Assembly (NCBI GenBank): GCA_051362555.1
Contig: CM120641.1
Location: forward strand, 10,044,001 to 10,108,000
DNA length: 64,000 bases
DNA from: Lingula anatina
Taxonomy: Eukaryota; Animalia; Brachiopoda
Direction: 5' to 3'
In this document: piece after piece, positions 50,418 through 64,000 of the stretch
Numbering within the stretch: the stretch's first letter is position 1
Layout of the letters: each line of letters begins with the position of its first letter
Notes under the pieces: model-generated
Database searches by the model: none
What the model saw: only the letters and a program-made list of their open reading frames with translations
Told to the model about the DNA's origin: nothing
Made by a program: the position numbers and the translations under genes

Positions 50418-51609
50418 CACTGCAAGTACAATACCTGGTGTAAGAAAATTTTAACCTAGGGTAGGATAGAGAGGGGCACATGTACCACCCATTTTCTTTT
50501 TAAATATAACTGTTTTCATCATTTTAATTTTATCATACCACCCTCTATTCATACAAGCAGACACTTGGAAAGATGCAAGTCCATCTCCCGACCCCCCCCC
50601 CCCAACCCCCGCTCCGTCAATGTAAAACATATCTAACAATGACCATATATTTGAACACAAAATTTATAAACTTTTGAGAAAAAAATTGTTAAACAAAATA
50701 ATAAAAATATAAAGACTATAATTATTGAAGTTTTCCTTCGATCTTTGTACAGGGCACTCACCATTGGTGAGAGTCTTCCATCCACATGATAAACTCCAGA
50801 AAGTCTGTTCACTATCTGCCTGGGATGGTCTGGACTGGGATGATTTTGACTAAATGTCCAGGTCGAGTGGGGACAAGTTATGAGGGAGAGATAGTGAATT
50901 TTGTTTACACTTCTCAGTTGTAGGCTGTCAAAAACTTGTATGAATACATAACACCTAATGAGTCAAAGGACACTATTGAGGTGCAAAAAATGTGTTGCTC
51001 TGATTAGAATTATGAAGCTAAACCAAAGCCTATGTATAAAATATAAATATCTCTATCAGATTTCTTATCAGGGATAAACAAAGTTGCAAATCAACACTTG
51101 TCTCCGCTTTGTTATCAAATTTCATGAGGTCATGCAAATAGTTACTTATGACAGCTTGTTGTGATCACTTCATATATATTTCTATAGAAATACATTTGAA
51201 ATGATCCAGTCGTACTTACCTCTGAAGCTCATGAAAATTAATTTCATGGGGGCTACAAATTTAGACTGAGTATAAAAGTGCAGTGGTCTCCACATCTAAT
51301 TATGACATGTAAAGTTTGAACTGAATTTAGTTGTCTTTTATCTCAAACTACTCTAAGCCATTTCCTTGGGGTAAAAAGTGATTATCATCAAAATCAGTCA
51401 TGACACGTACAGTTTCTTATGAAATTAAATGGTCTCAACATCTTAAAACATACTATCTATCATGATTTACCAAACCTGGCCAAACGACAAATATACTTCG
51501 CGGGGACATTTGAAAATTGTACTTCAGTCAAGGCTTTTCCCAGTGAATCATCCAGCCATCATTTGGATGGCCGCTGGCACCACTGAACAGCCTATATTTT
51601 CAAAGACTG

Positions 51610-52604
51610 CAGGGCTCGGAATCTCGAAAGGTTCGCTATGTTGCGCACACGCTCTAGCATGGCTAGCGTGCGCTATCCCGTATCTCGAAAGAATCGCTAT
51701 TTTGAGCGCCTGCGCTAGCATGGCTAGCGTGCGCTATCCCATATCTCGAAAGCTTCGCAAATCCCGGCCGTGCGCTAATGTCCAAATCGCCATTAGTTTC
51801 GAGGCTATTATTTGCGGCGATACAAACTAGTCGCAAAGGCCTCTGTGTATGCAAAATTCGTCATTTTAATGTGTCTTTCATGTAATTAAACATGGTGGCA
51901 AGTTTGGGTTGCTAGTCATAATAGCATATAATAAAACATATAACTAAAAAAACATGGAAGCTTTTAATTGATTGAATCACAGTTCACTGGTACCTCTGAT
52001 AGAAAAACTTGCGGTAAATATTCACGTGAAGAATGCCAAAGTCATGTTTTATCATGCAGAAAAATTTCAAAATTAAACATTTCATACATCATTTTATATT
52101 TTCTGGTGAATTTCATTCATCTGTGTAGTCTATTGATAATAATAATAAATTTAAGTGTCATTTTCCACACAAAATGAAAAAGCAGAAACAAAGCATTCGG
52201 CCGCACCGTGACCTTCCTCAATGTCTATTATTGTGAGACTGAACACTACTCACCAATGTGTCAGTAATTGTGTCAGTCCAAGCTTCGCTTATTGAATTGT
52301 TTTTTGACATTTTATTGGTGTCAAATACTTCAAATATCAGTATTTGTAATTATGATATTCCTATAAAAAAAAACAACCTCTTGATTTGCATCATGGTGAA
52401 AAAAATTGCATTTTGTGTAATTGTGTTATGACGTCTTCACTTTACGCGGCAATCGAATATTAGTAGAGTTTGAGGTTATAATTGCGTTGCGTTTGCTAAG
52501 GCTTCGAGATAGCAGGTGGGTGCAATCGCACTAGCAAATAGCACACGCTAGCTATGCTATAGCGCGTGCGCAACATAGCGAACCTTTCGAGATTCCGAGC
52601 CCTG
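51610..52604. mobile_element. Non-autonomous TIR transposon with 5-bp TSD (hAT5-like), 995 bp
   Basis: TIR CAGGGCTCGGAATCTCGAAAGGTTCGCTATGTTGCGCAC... with its reverse complement at the right end (~65 bp), GACTG on both flanks (51605-51609, 52605-52609), and subterminal repeats of GCTAGCATGGCTAGCGTGCGCTATCCC. Confidence 0.85.
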
Positions 52605-53949
52605 GACTGCTAATGGATTTTTTTGAAAAAGACAGCTTGGACTCACTGAAATTTTGTAGGAAATTACAGGTAGTAATTTTGGGCAGCCTGTTCCCCCCAT
52701 CCTGGAAAAAGACTTGATTTCAGTCTTGATTTTTTTTTCTTTTTGAAAAAAAAACAAAAAAAAAAACGGAATCATTTTGAACTGCAATTCATCTGCAACT
52801 GTTTTTATTCCCTTTTTTTTCTAGAAGGTAGCTAGGAAAACAAATATCAAAGCAATTTGAAATTATATTGCATGGTAAATAAAATCAAAAATAAAGTTAA
52901 AGTGGAATGCGCTCAAGGTGAATAAATCTCACAAATATCCACATGAAACCATGCACACTTTGGAGTATGTATATCATATATAACAGTTAGTTTACCAGAA
53001 ATTTAAAGATGTATGGGGAAATCGAAACAGAAATAAATATAAAACAAGCTGAAAATTGGTCTTGTTCCCAGTTTATTTTGTTCATTTTACTATAGCAGGC
53101 TTACTACATTTGCCAAGAGAATTACTTATTAATGCATCAACCCTCCTCTCTCTCTCTCTCCTTTTTTTTTCCACGACAAATGAAGTTAAAATGTTTAAAA
53201 CTTGAATAACATTATGAATGTAAAGTTCAAGTAAATCCATGGAATCTATTTGCCAAAATGAATTTTCCTGAAGCAATGGGCAATTTTCTGTTACTGGCGA
53301 GTCATTGCTGACCAATCCCTGCACTTGGCCTCAATGTCTTATTCCATTTTAAATTTCATAATTAATTTGAAAGTGACTGGTCAGTCATTTAAAATGACAC
53401 AGCCTTCCTGATCTTCACTTTTATGGCCTCGTTTTCACATAAGGAAATGGCCCGATGTTTTATATCGTATCCCCATACCAAGCACATAAAACAGGCATTG
53501 TAAGCCAGTATGGAGGCTGAGAAGACAACAACGAAATTTATGCTTTAGATATAAACTTTTATTTAAAGGGTTTAACATCTTGAAGGTCTGAATTGGGAAA
53601 TATAAGAAGCTTTGCTTGATATAAATACAACTATGGGGGATTTTCAAACCTGTGAGGAGGCACTTTAATAAACACATGATTCATTATATTTCGTTTCTGT
53701 TATGCAATCAGTCAAAGATCACAGCAAGCTACTTACTTTTACTCAGTGGATGCAGCAAACAAAATCAATCGTATCATATGCCTGTATAAAACAGATTCTA
53801 TAGATGGTCTGATTGGATGTGAAGAATCATTTTTTTCTAAAATGCTTATTTAATTGACTATTTAGCAAGAGGGTCAAAACTGAATCTAACTACTTAAGGA
53901 TACAGGCGCAAAACGGACTCTCATACAACCAGTTTCCAGCTGAGACCTG

Positions 53950-54097
53950 GGCCCCGTAACTTGAAAGCATCCCGTATTGCAATTAGCGATATCACATATA
54001 GAGGCTACAGTGTATTATATGAGGCCAGTATGGGCGAATTATGGAATCGAGACCCTTGCGCTCAGTCACAATGCACGATGCTTTCGAGTTACGGGCC
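53950..54097. mobile_element. PIF/Harbinger-like MITE (~150 bp)
   Basis: TIRs GGCCCCGTAACTTGAAAGCATC / GATGCTTTCGAGTTACGGGCC, flanked by CTG on both sides. Confidence 0.7.
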
Positions 54098-57000
54098 CTG
54101 GGTAACTTCTTTCGTTTCATTTTTGAAATAAGTATAATGCTAATGAATGTAACAGCCAAGACTTCTCAAGTCTTTTAAAGTTTGAATAATTTAGCATATA
54201 ACTGGGTTAAAAACATACCTGAACATCTGGAATTTATTTGCTATTTACCTTAGTGTAATTTCAAGTATTCCTGCAGTACAAGTTATGTACCTTGAAAGCA
54301 GATAAGATAGCTACATGTTTGAAGCCAAATCTTACTTACCATCCACATAATTCTGCTAAAAATTCACCACTTATGAAAAAAAATTTTTTACCAGTGCACC
54401 TGACCCAGGCCAACTAAATTAAGGGAAACTTGGGAAATTCCATTCTGTCAATGTGTAATTACTGTAACCTTATATGTTCTACTATAATGTATACCAAGTA
54501 ATATGACATTTACTTACTATGATGTCAGTGGTTTAAATATAACAACAATAGCACTAATCATAGGTTTTCCTTCTTTTCCTGAAACCAACAAAATAGACTT
54601 AACATGCAGGCATGAAACCATACTTGTCCATGTGATTTAGTTTTCATTCAAATAAAATAGCATTATTCCCCTAATAAATTATCTTAAAAAGGCGAAACAT
54701 AACACATTTAATATATAACAAAACATATGAATAAGAAAAAATTTTAACTGCATATTTAGGTCTTAAAATGTATTAATTTTCATTCTAGAACTGACTGAAA
54801 TCTACAGGGGAAGAACTGGACAAGACCATGTCCAAAGAGATGGACACACAACATGCATCAAATGTGTGAATAAAATATAACCTGGTCCATCTCCCTATCC
54901 AAAGTCAGAGGAAATGAAATACTTTTTATATGAAATACTCTTCCCATATCATTCTAGGTTTTTCTCTCTCTTTTTTTTTTTCGCTGATGTAATCAAATGT
55001 ATCGAGATCAGCAAGTGGGTCATGTGACAAGCACGTTTTTAATGAATGCAACCCCTAAAGATAATACGAATATTTATAGTAAACAGAGTCTTCGCCATGC
55101 ATCATCTTTGTCCATCAACTATCCAGTAAAATGCCTTGACCAGTATTCCATTCAAACAGCACTTCCTGAGAAGAATAAAATTAATTTCACTTCTTTAAAT
55201 ACACCTTTTATATTCAAGCTGCATGTTGCCTCTGAACCAAAATTCCAAAGGTAAGTGCCACAGGCACATCTGAGTTTACATAAACAATTAACCCATTTTG
55301 CTGGAAGAAATGATGCTCAGCACTAGGAACATATTTCTCTCTTTAAAGGTTACACTACTAGTAGTATCAACTTGGTACCCTCTGTATTTTTATTAGTCCA
55401 AATTTCCTCAGGCTGAAATCATGGCATACTATCTACTGTAATTAATAACGCATAAAAATTATTTTTAAACAAATGCCAGCATATACTGAAGAGCACTTAT
55501 ATTACCACAAGCTTTTAGATCTAGAAAATGACTCACCAAGTTATGTCAAAATAATATTATAAGCACTATCATTTTCATTTTGATAGCAACGGCTGAGTGT
55601 TTTCTTATGCAATTAGGACAACAAGTGTTTTTGTACTTGGAAACATTCACTTTGTCATGAGCACAAATGTTGAGAGAACTGCTTGTCTGGGAAAGCATTA
55701 TACACATTAAACACCACTTAGTTAAATGCACTTCCACCTTTAACATTCAAAATATATGTAAGTTCACTAAACTCCATTTCATATATTGAAATTTGATCAA
55801 ACATCTGAAAATACATCTGCTTCAACAAACCTGATACAACATTATACAATGAGTAGCTGCTGTTCACACACTTGAAGCACCACCTACATGTAACTTCAAT
55901 TTGTTCTGGACATTATTCTCAATGGTCATTTGAACATTACATGGCTCTTGTTACCATTTCCTACAAGCTCTTACCCATGTCATTATGTCTGGGGACTGAA
56001 ATCAATCTTTTCTCCAAACAGATTACATGTAACATGGGGGTTGGATCATTCTCAAATACTAAACACCTGATATTTTGTAATAATCCCAACACATTAGTCT
56101 ACAGCTATGCGGGATCAATCAGAAGTTGGCAATAAGACGATAGACAAATTAATACATATACTGAAATCTATGTGGATTTACCAGACACGAACTATATGAA
56201 CCTAGTATATATAGAATATTAAGTGTACATAATGTGCCAGTCACCTATAGAACATAAACATGTAGATCTATGCAATGTGTCATAATCTATTCTTGTAATA
56301 TATAATACTTGAATTAGCAAAAATGTAGCACTCTGCCTGCCCAAATATCGGAAATATAGAATACTTAGTACTGGTTTCATTCATATCATAATTCTTCAAG
56401 GGCAAGTTAAGACCTGTCCAAAGATTTTGACTTGAAGGTGATGCCACTTTGTGTTGTGCTCTCCCTTTGCATTCACTGTTGCTTATTTAAACAGACCAAC
56501 AAAAGCAACAATTCAATTTCAGAACTGAAAATACCCAAAAAAAGTCTAAAATTTACCTGGTTCTGCAAGAAAATAAAAGCATATAACAGCTTTGGTGGTG
56601 AATATTATTACAGACCCTTGGTTAAAAAAATACCTAAAGGAACAGAACAAAATTATTCTTTTTCACCATATTAAAAATAGATATTGCACTTTAACTCAAA
56701 GTGCATTATTTCCTGAAACCTGTGATGCCTAGATTTATCAATTATCCCAATCAAAGAAAAGGTGAAATGCCAGAACGATTGCAATTTCTAGCATGGATAA
56801 CAATTAGAATATCTATTGTGCAATGGCATGTTTCAAAACATGAGTAGAGACAAAAGGGAGTCATGGAAAACCCTGGCGATAGTCAATGAACCAATATATA
56901 GGATCACTGATGCATGACTGCACATAAACGTGTCAGTAATATTCCCATCAGAATGAAAAAAATCATAATGGATCCATTATCATAAGGCCTGAACGAAGAA

Positions 57001-57335
57001 AACGCCATAATAAACCAAAACAAAGACAGCATATCACTCAGAAATCCATACAGTTGCATCAGCGTTTTTAACGCAACGTGGACAGAGAGGTCTGAATATC
57101 GTTATTAGTATTAGAGACGATACTTTTCCTATTGTATTTATATAGTTCAGACAACAGCCCTTCACCCAAATACTTATGTCAATATTGGTTTAAATTGTTT
57201 CTGTGCAAAAAAATGAGGGGTTGTATTCTACCCCGACATGTTTCCTCGAGTTTTCGACATCTAATGACTGTGTCAGTGTTCAATATTGATTTTACCAGGC
57301 GACCCCTAACTTAAGAAAGCACGCCTGTACACTTA

Positions 57336-57620
57336 CCTTTTTCTGGAAATAAACATGAAATAATGCAGCCCGGGATAAGACTCAAGTCAAGGACATGCCA
57401 TCCAGGCCATGTTGTGGATTATCAACTTGCACAGCGAATCACACAACCAATCACAATCACGGTAAAACCACAGAAAGCATGCGTAATCTTATGTGAGAAA
57501 AGTAGGCAACATCCGGTTGAGACAAAGGTACAACTACTGCAATTTCATTGTTTTACTGTCTGTAAATTAGGCTGCCCGCGGATCTTGTTCTCAAACGCAT
57601 TTAAGCCACGTTGAAAGAAA
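57336..57620 (-). promoter_or_regulatory. Probable promoter / non-coding first exon of the SLC4 gene
   Basis: Perfect minus-strand donor AAG|GTAAGT at about 57336, a locally CpG-richer segment and a CCAAT motif near 57447. It would splice to the ATG exon acceptor at 46527. Inference only. Confidence 0.35.
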
Positions 57621-57772
57621 GGGAAATAACAGTAGTAACATAGTAAAAGAAAAAGAATAAACTATACAATCCACACGTTGAGAATCTACCCTTCAATTAA
57701 TTATGGTAAAATGTTTTTTGTAGTGATCTCTTAAAATATTATTTCGAAGGATAGCCATCTGTGAAGGTTCAT

Positions 57773-57940
57773 CAGGCCCGTGACCAGCAATTTCAAAAGG
57801 TGGTTCTTTTTTTTTTTTTTTTGAAAAAGCGGACCTTTCACCATGAAACCTTCCTGTACCTAGACAAAATTTTAACCAGAGTGTACCCTTTTCCCGGCAA
57901 AAAGGTGGGTTCTTTTGAAACCCCCCTGGCTACGTGCCTG
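57773..57940. mobile_element. Short hAT-like MITE
   Basis: CAGGCCCGTGACCAG ... CCCCCCTGGCTACGTGCCTG imperfect TIRs; flanks TTCAT / TTCAC. Confidence 0.55.
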
Positions 57941-58065
57941 TTCACGGAGTTCGATGACAGGGACAGACTCCAGAGTAGTTGCGATATCCACCGTAAGATG
58001 GTTAAATGGAATTTCTTATATTTATATATTTGTTGTTAACAATGCATTTATTGTGGAATTTTATA

Positions 58066-58488
58066 CCCTCTACCAGGGCCACAGATTGTCTTTTCACTAG
58101 ATATCTTAACAGATATGTCTCTGGTTAAATAGATGGCTAATCTCTGCACTGTGACCCTGTTATGTTTGCATAACTACTCAGGCACAGTCACTTAGCAAGT
58201 CCCTGCCAAGTCCCCTTGACAGTAATCAAGATAGTTAATTGCTCACCTGTGACAATAAAACAGCCCTTTAGCAGACAGACAAGACAAGGCAGGTTGCGCA
58301 ACAAGCGTTAATTACATTGGGACGAAGCACAGCTCTCACTGAGCTCCTGCAGAGCAGGTACAATGCCATCCGTGCGTGTGCAGATTTACTTGCTCCCATC
58401 TGGCCAAATGTCACAGGGTTGCCTCAGCAAATATGTCCACAATAATAACTGTGGCCCTGGTAGAATTTTTACATGTACTCTCATAGGG
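58066..58488. mobile_element. MITE-like element with TA flanks
   Basis: Perfect 16-bp inverted repeat TCTACCAGGGCCACAG (58069-58084) / CTGTGGCCCTGGTAGA (58449-58464); outer TA-CCCT ... AGGG-TA ends. Confidence 0.55.
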
Positions 58489-59468
58489 TAGAATTTTTAC
58501 ATTTCCTTTCAGAAGAGTTGTTTCCCTTTAACCAAGAGGCCAAAACAGACCAAAGAATGTCATTTTATTAAATACAGTTGAGCTCAGAAAGAACGCTCCA
58601 AATTTTTATGTTTGTTACCTCTTGTTGCCAAAAGAAACTACCTAGCTAACAGTGATAATTATAGGATATCAGAGCTGACACTTCTGTGGTCACAGTCTGT
58701 TTAGACAGGGGATAACACCCTGCAATAAATCACCAAACTATTGTCTGTTGATAATGCAGTGAGCAAACATGCACTGTGTTCAAGTAACACAATCCATTCA
58801 TAAAAGAGGGGACAGCGTTATAAAAAGTAACCAATATTAATTAAGCTGTTAAAAAGTGTTACCAAAATTTCTGAGCTTAACTGTACATGTAACTCCAAAA
58901 CATGATAGTTAATAAAAGAAGACAAAGTAAAAAGAAGAATAAATGTTATGAAGAGAAAAGACCTTGAATTCCATATTTCTGCCTGTTGCACTCCTGTATA
59001 TATTTTTTATTTCATGTAATGTAGAAACAATGCAAACAGCTAGCACTATCGAGGAAAAATGTACATCTGTATGAGGAAAAAATTTCATCAAAGGAGAAAT
59101 TCTGAATGGTTAAAACTATTCAACAAAAATTAAAATTAAGTAATTAAACATATAATTCATAATAATCAAAGTATCCAAGGTATGTAGGTGCTAAAAATGA
59201 TAATTTGATCTAATTTCTCATTTCAAATTGAGAATCTCTTCAAGTTTAACTCTTCAAGTTAATGCACTTATGCTTATTGGTACATGAAGAAATATGTACT
59301 AGTAAATATATAACACTACCCTGTAATTCAAGGCTGATAAGGGAGGCAAGTTTCTAGTAATCTCTGCAACCCCAGGACCCCATTCCACAATAAAAAATAA
59401 CATAATCACAGGTTTATTTTGCAATAAATGAAAATATTTACTAAGTACACAATTAAAATACTGGACAG

Positions 59469-59472
<4 letters not shown>

Positions 59473-59509
<37 letters not shown>
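59473..59509. repeat. (TA)n microsatellite
   Basis: Direct reading. Confidence 0.9.
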
Positions 59510-59512
<3 letters not shown>

Positions 59513-62500
59513 TCTTTCATAAGGTTACCCTTTTCATATTTTCTGCTGAACTGGTGGAATTTCACACGTAAAATGTACAAAAATATTACTCCATACTATT
59601 TTATTAAAACTAACATGACTTGAAGCGATTCTGCTATTCTCTTGTTCTCGTTTGTGTAAGCTGTAGGGGGTTGGGACCCTTTCCGATCTTACTTAACAAG
59701 TGTACAGAAAAAAAAATAATAATAAAACTTTTGTGTTCCACACTTTTCCCGTCTTATTTTGGAAAACTTGGATGAGAGATGAAGTTCAGAGCATTTCCTG
59801 TCCAAGACATGATGAAAGCACCAGCATCGAAAAAACATAATCTGAAACAGAAGTTCAAGCGTGAATAAACGTAAGAGGTTTATAAAAGAAAAAAGTTAAT
59901 CATGGTAAAATAAAATATTTGAAAAAAATCAAACATTTGTGATTTAGTCATTATGTTCATATAAAAACTCATGTACACAGCCAAATAAACAGTACCCTTT
60001 TGTCCATATTATGCAACAAGAGACTCGTTTGTTGTCCACACATCTGTAATGCTGTTCTGAGCACGTGTATTTGTATACATGCTCCGCAGAGAATGGTACA
60101 TAATATAATATCAGATAATCGTTATATAAATTGACAGTAGTTGTGCTCCTTAGTTTAACTGCATTCTTAAAAACTAAAAGGTTTCCTATGACATTATCAA
60201 TTACCTTGTTCACAATTTAAATTTGTCATTGAATTCTTCTTGAGCTTCCTCACTGCGAGACTGCAGTGATTCCCGGCATGACCCAACGTTGACCTCACCT
60301 AGCAAGAATATTTTGAAGAGGTTACTCAATGATTCAAATGGGAAAATCCACTTTTTTGGATCACAAACAATACATAAAACTGTTAACATCGTTTTGAAAG
60401 ATAAATAGGTGAGTTTATTTTCATTCTGAAGCTTCTGTGAGACAAAGTTAGCGGCATCAATTGTCGTCTGATCAGAGGAAGACAGTCAAACTGATTTTTT
60501 TATTTCGCAATCTTAAATCTTTGTGATAAACGTGGCGCAAATTTTTTAAATTGATTGTCTCAAAACAACATTAACGCGTAAGATTTATTGTCATATAAAG
60601 CAATTCTGTCATAACAATGTGGATCGTGCTTAAAATAAAATAAAATTAATAAGTGGGTCAAGCCCACTGTACAGGTAAGTCCTCAGCCTTAGCCTTGAGG
60701 ACATTGTGTGTGTGTGTACTGGGGCAATAATACCTGTACTGTCCAATTGTTATCTGATTAATGGGTTTGCGTGTATGATGTCCAACTTGGATGTTCACGC
60801 GGTTACCCGTAGTCCACAGCTTTATAAATACTAACTTGAATTTATAAGCAGTGATTATCGCTATTTGACAGTGACACGTATAAAATAGGCACAGAAAAAC
60901 GTACAGAAACAGGCATATTTTTAGCTAACAAGGTTTTGTGTAAAGATATTTTCAATCTCTAGACCTGATTAAAGAAATTGTAGAAACCAAGCATATAGAA
61001 GAAGACATGCATCACTCCCGTGATTTTAATGTTTTATTGATTGCAGACTAAAGTAATAACTGTATTGTAACTGACATCTATTCTGCCACTATGTAGAAGT
61101 GGTCTGCTGTCAGACTTTTTTCCCTAAAATTCATATTAACTTCAAAGAATGTATAAACATACTGGCTTATTAGTCTCAGCATGGGGATGGTAGTTCTGGT
61201 AATTCTATGTTATCTTGATACTTACCTATATGCCTCTGGGATTCACATTATGTCTTTTGCACTGTATATATTTTTTACCAGGACACTTGTGAACAACATC
61301 TGGGTTATATACAAATAATATATTGAACCATGGTGAATTCCTGGAAAGAGAGAATATAAATAAATTTACCCACATGTGTTGTAGAGTAAATTGTGTTTCA
61401 AATGTGCGAAAGTCATTCAATCTGAAAAGCAGTGAAGAAATAAAAGTCAAATTTTATTAAATGAACTGTGTCTACTCCATATATTTATACAGCACTGTAA
61501 AACATTCCAGGTGTTTACCTTGTCTATTTGATAAATGTTATGATAATAGTTTTAAGCCTTGGGAAACAAAACAATATTGAGAATATTCTCAAAAATGCAA
61601 CACTAAATGCTCAGCTGATCATTCTGAAAGGATGAATCATTTAGAGATGTTCACTTTTGCTATGAATATAAAAATTACAATGTACAAAAAGCTCACTCTC
61701 AGCACACACCCATTTAAAACCAGTTTATTATGTAATTAGGAGGTTCTTGTGATTTATTCTTAAATTGCAGTATTTTAGATGTTGTTTTGAACTTTTCTTT
61801 CACTTTATGAACATTTGTAGCATTCTTAATATAACTTTATGTGATGAATCAAAACTGCTTGTGAAAATGCTGCACTTTCTGATTACTTATGACGAATGTA
61901 CTGATAATCAGTATCAACTTCAGCAAATTTCCTGCTGTGTTTTTTTTTAAGATGCACACCAAACATTCATATTAAGTGGGAAGAAAAAGTTTGAGATTAA
62001 ATCAAGTCCATATATCATTCTGTTGTTTGCACTTTATCAGGAGTATTCTTTTGGGACGATCAATATGTGGGAGAAAATGCCAGTTGATGCTCATACCAGA
62101 CAAATATAGACAGAAGCCTGCCTAAAGTGCATCTACTGAATTCCTGCAGTCTGTTTATCATGTTTATCCACATTAGCTCATTATAATATCATTATGAATG
62201 TTGTGGAGGTTGCTGTAGAATACCATACATGCAGCAATAACATACCCGAATACATACTAATTCAAGTACATTTGGTTTCTGTCTTTATTGTTTTGATGAA
62301 AGTCTATGATATGAATTAAACGAGGATTTCTTTTTCTCAGGAGCATATTTCTTCTTAGGAAATGATCTATGCAGTAGAGTGTTAATAAATAAGGATACTG
62401 GGAATTGCTTTAGCTGTGTATGTTCCAAGGCTGTGGGCACAGTTGTGTTGAATGCAGGTACTGGGAGTCAAATTATCCAGCCGGCTGTTCCAGGAAAAGG

Positions 62501-64000
62501 GCACACATAAGATTCTATATATATCCTACATATTACACAGTCGGGATGTTCACCCCACTTTGCATACAGGCGTATTGGAAGATATTGACCAAAATGCATG
62601 TACTAGTATGTTAGATATTAACAGAGTATAATGTTTACTGTGTGGTCAGTATTGGTCATCTATCAGGCAGATTATTTTGTGGATGCTGAGGCAGATACAG
62701 CTGAGAGTGCCTGCACATCTGCTAAGGAGGAGAAGCTGAGGTAAGGGATTACTGGCAGTGGCAGTGGTAGCTGACTCTTTTTGGATGTTTTGTTTACAAA
62801 TAGAAACCCATCTATATTACCAGGTAATGCAGTTTGCTGTATGTAAACTCTCAGGTTAACTCTATTAGTTTACCATAATGATTGTTATTATGTAAAAGTT
62901 GACAGGTAAGGCATTTATAGATTTATCTAAACAAATGGATGTCTGCTTCAGTGCTTTTTATTTAAGCAGATACATGGTTTTGCAAACTTAATTAGATAAT
63001 TTCCTGTGTGTTTAATTTTCAGTAAAGCTATTGAACCTCTGTTTCATTCTTTGTGCTATGAAAATGTTTTTAATGACAGTGTTTTTATTCAAGTTGCTTG
63101 GTTATCAAATGGATGTGTGCTTTTGACTGGAAGAGGAAGCCATGTCATTTATTGATTTCATGTTAAAAGGATAACAACTCTTCGTATGAGATCCATCTTT
63201 CACAATAAATACCTTGTAAACAATTCATAGAAATATAATAAATTCTATTTTACAACCAAAATGGTGATAATTGCAATTATTCCGGAACTTGTGCTTGCCA
63301 TCGGACCATGTGACCTCCATAGATGGTTGCCCTCTGTAATAATCTCTTAAAAATTAATGAATAATAAAAAAAACAACAAAAAAAAAAATTTAGAAAAAAA
63401 AAAACAAAAAAACAAAAAAAAAACAGACTTACTTCAAATGAAAGGGATTCATTAATCATTGGGAAGTATGGGAAAATTGTCGTTTAACCCCAGGAAAATC
63501 AGTTTTTTTTTTGCCAAAATGAACAGTTGTTATCCCTATGAAATATGTTAATGTTGTATTGTTCTGGTGGATCAGTGCAGATGCACCTACAGAACTATCT
63601 TTGAAAAAAGAAGACAATAAAATAGCAAGATGTTTCTGGCTGCAGCCAAAGCTACCAGTGTTTCCTATTAAGCAATAACATATTTTGCATATATGAGCCA
63701 GGATGATTGATATCTCTGCAGTCAGTCAATAGGTTGGTGTACCTGGATATGATTTTTTCCCAAAGGAATGTGTAAACAAGGAATCAGCGCATTGTAGTGT
63801 ATTAGTTTATGCTAATTAGACTGTCTTCAAGGATTTTTTCCTTTTAAGGTCTGCTGACAACAACATGTCTGGAATGTTACTAGAATTCATTCTTAGGAGA
63901 TAGAAGTTTATGGCATAGGTTTTCATTCTCTCTCAGAATTATTTCCAATACTCAGAACACTTTTTTTGATATAATGTTTTGCATCTATTGTAATTTGTAG

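Noticed and set aside
51462-51854. 122-aa and 63-aa ORFs as a possible transposase
   Set aside because: They derive from the GC-rich TIR and subterminal repeats and have no DDE or zinc-finger motifs.
1-64000. tRNA, rRNA or snRNA genes
   Set aside because: None recognised by eye; ACTTACC matches are reverse-complement splice donors, not U1 snRNA. A tRNAscan-SE/Infernal run would be needed to exclude them.

Overview
AT-rich, intron-rich animal genomic DNA; gene and repeat content suggest a marine invertebrate, probably a lophotrochozoan such as a mollusc (inference). Four spliced protein-coding genes can be assembled by hand from GT-AG exons. They are BBS9/PTHB1 (minus strand, 5' part only, running off the left edge), ERP44 (plus, complete, head-to-head with BBS9), STX17 (minus, complete, tail-to-tail with ERP44) and an SLC4 anion exchanger of AE1-3 type (minus, complete CDS 28168-46508, probable non-coding exons up to about 57 kb). 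Introns carry a 5'-truncated LINE with an open RT frame, a ~3.6 kb Helentron-like (HINE) element filled with tandem repeats, and several TIR elements, including a P-like 2 kb element with a 7-bp TSD and a ~1 kb CAGGG element with a 5-bp TSD. The most notable observation is a pair of duplicated 112-nt exons in ERP44 that must be mutually exclusive and encode two versions of the start of the b' domain, with candidate intronic RNA pairing around the first copy. Also notable are the ERP44-STX17 tail-to-tail arrangement, which I recall is shared with human, and an X-box-like site in the BBS9/ERP44 bidirectional promoter region. Most short ORFs in the supplied track are spurious or are exon fragments. 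All exon coordinates were derived manually and may be off by a few bases.
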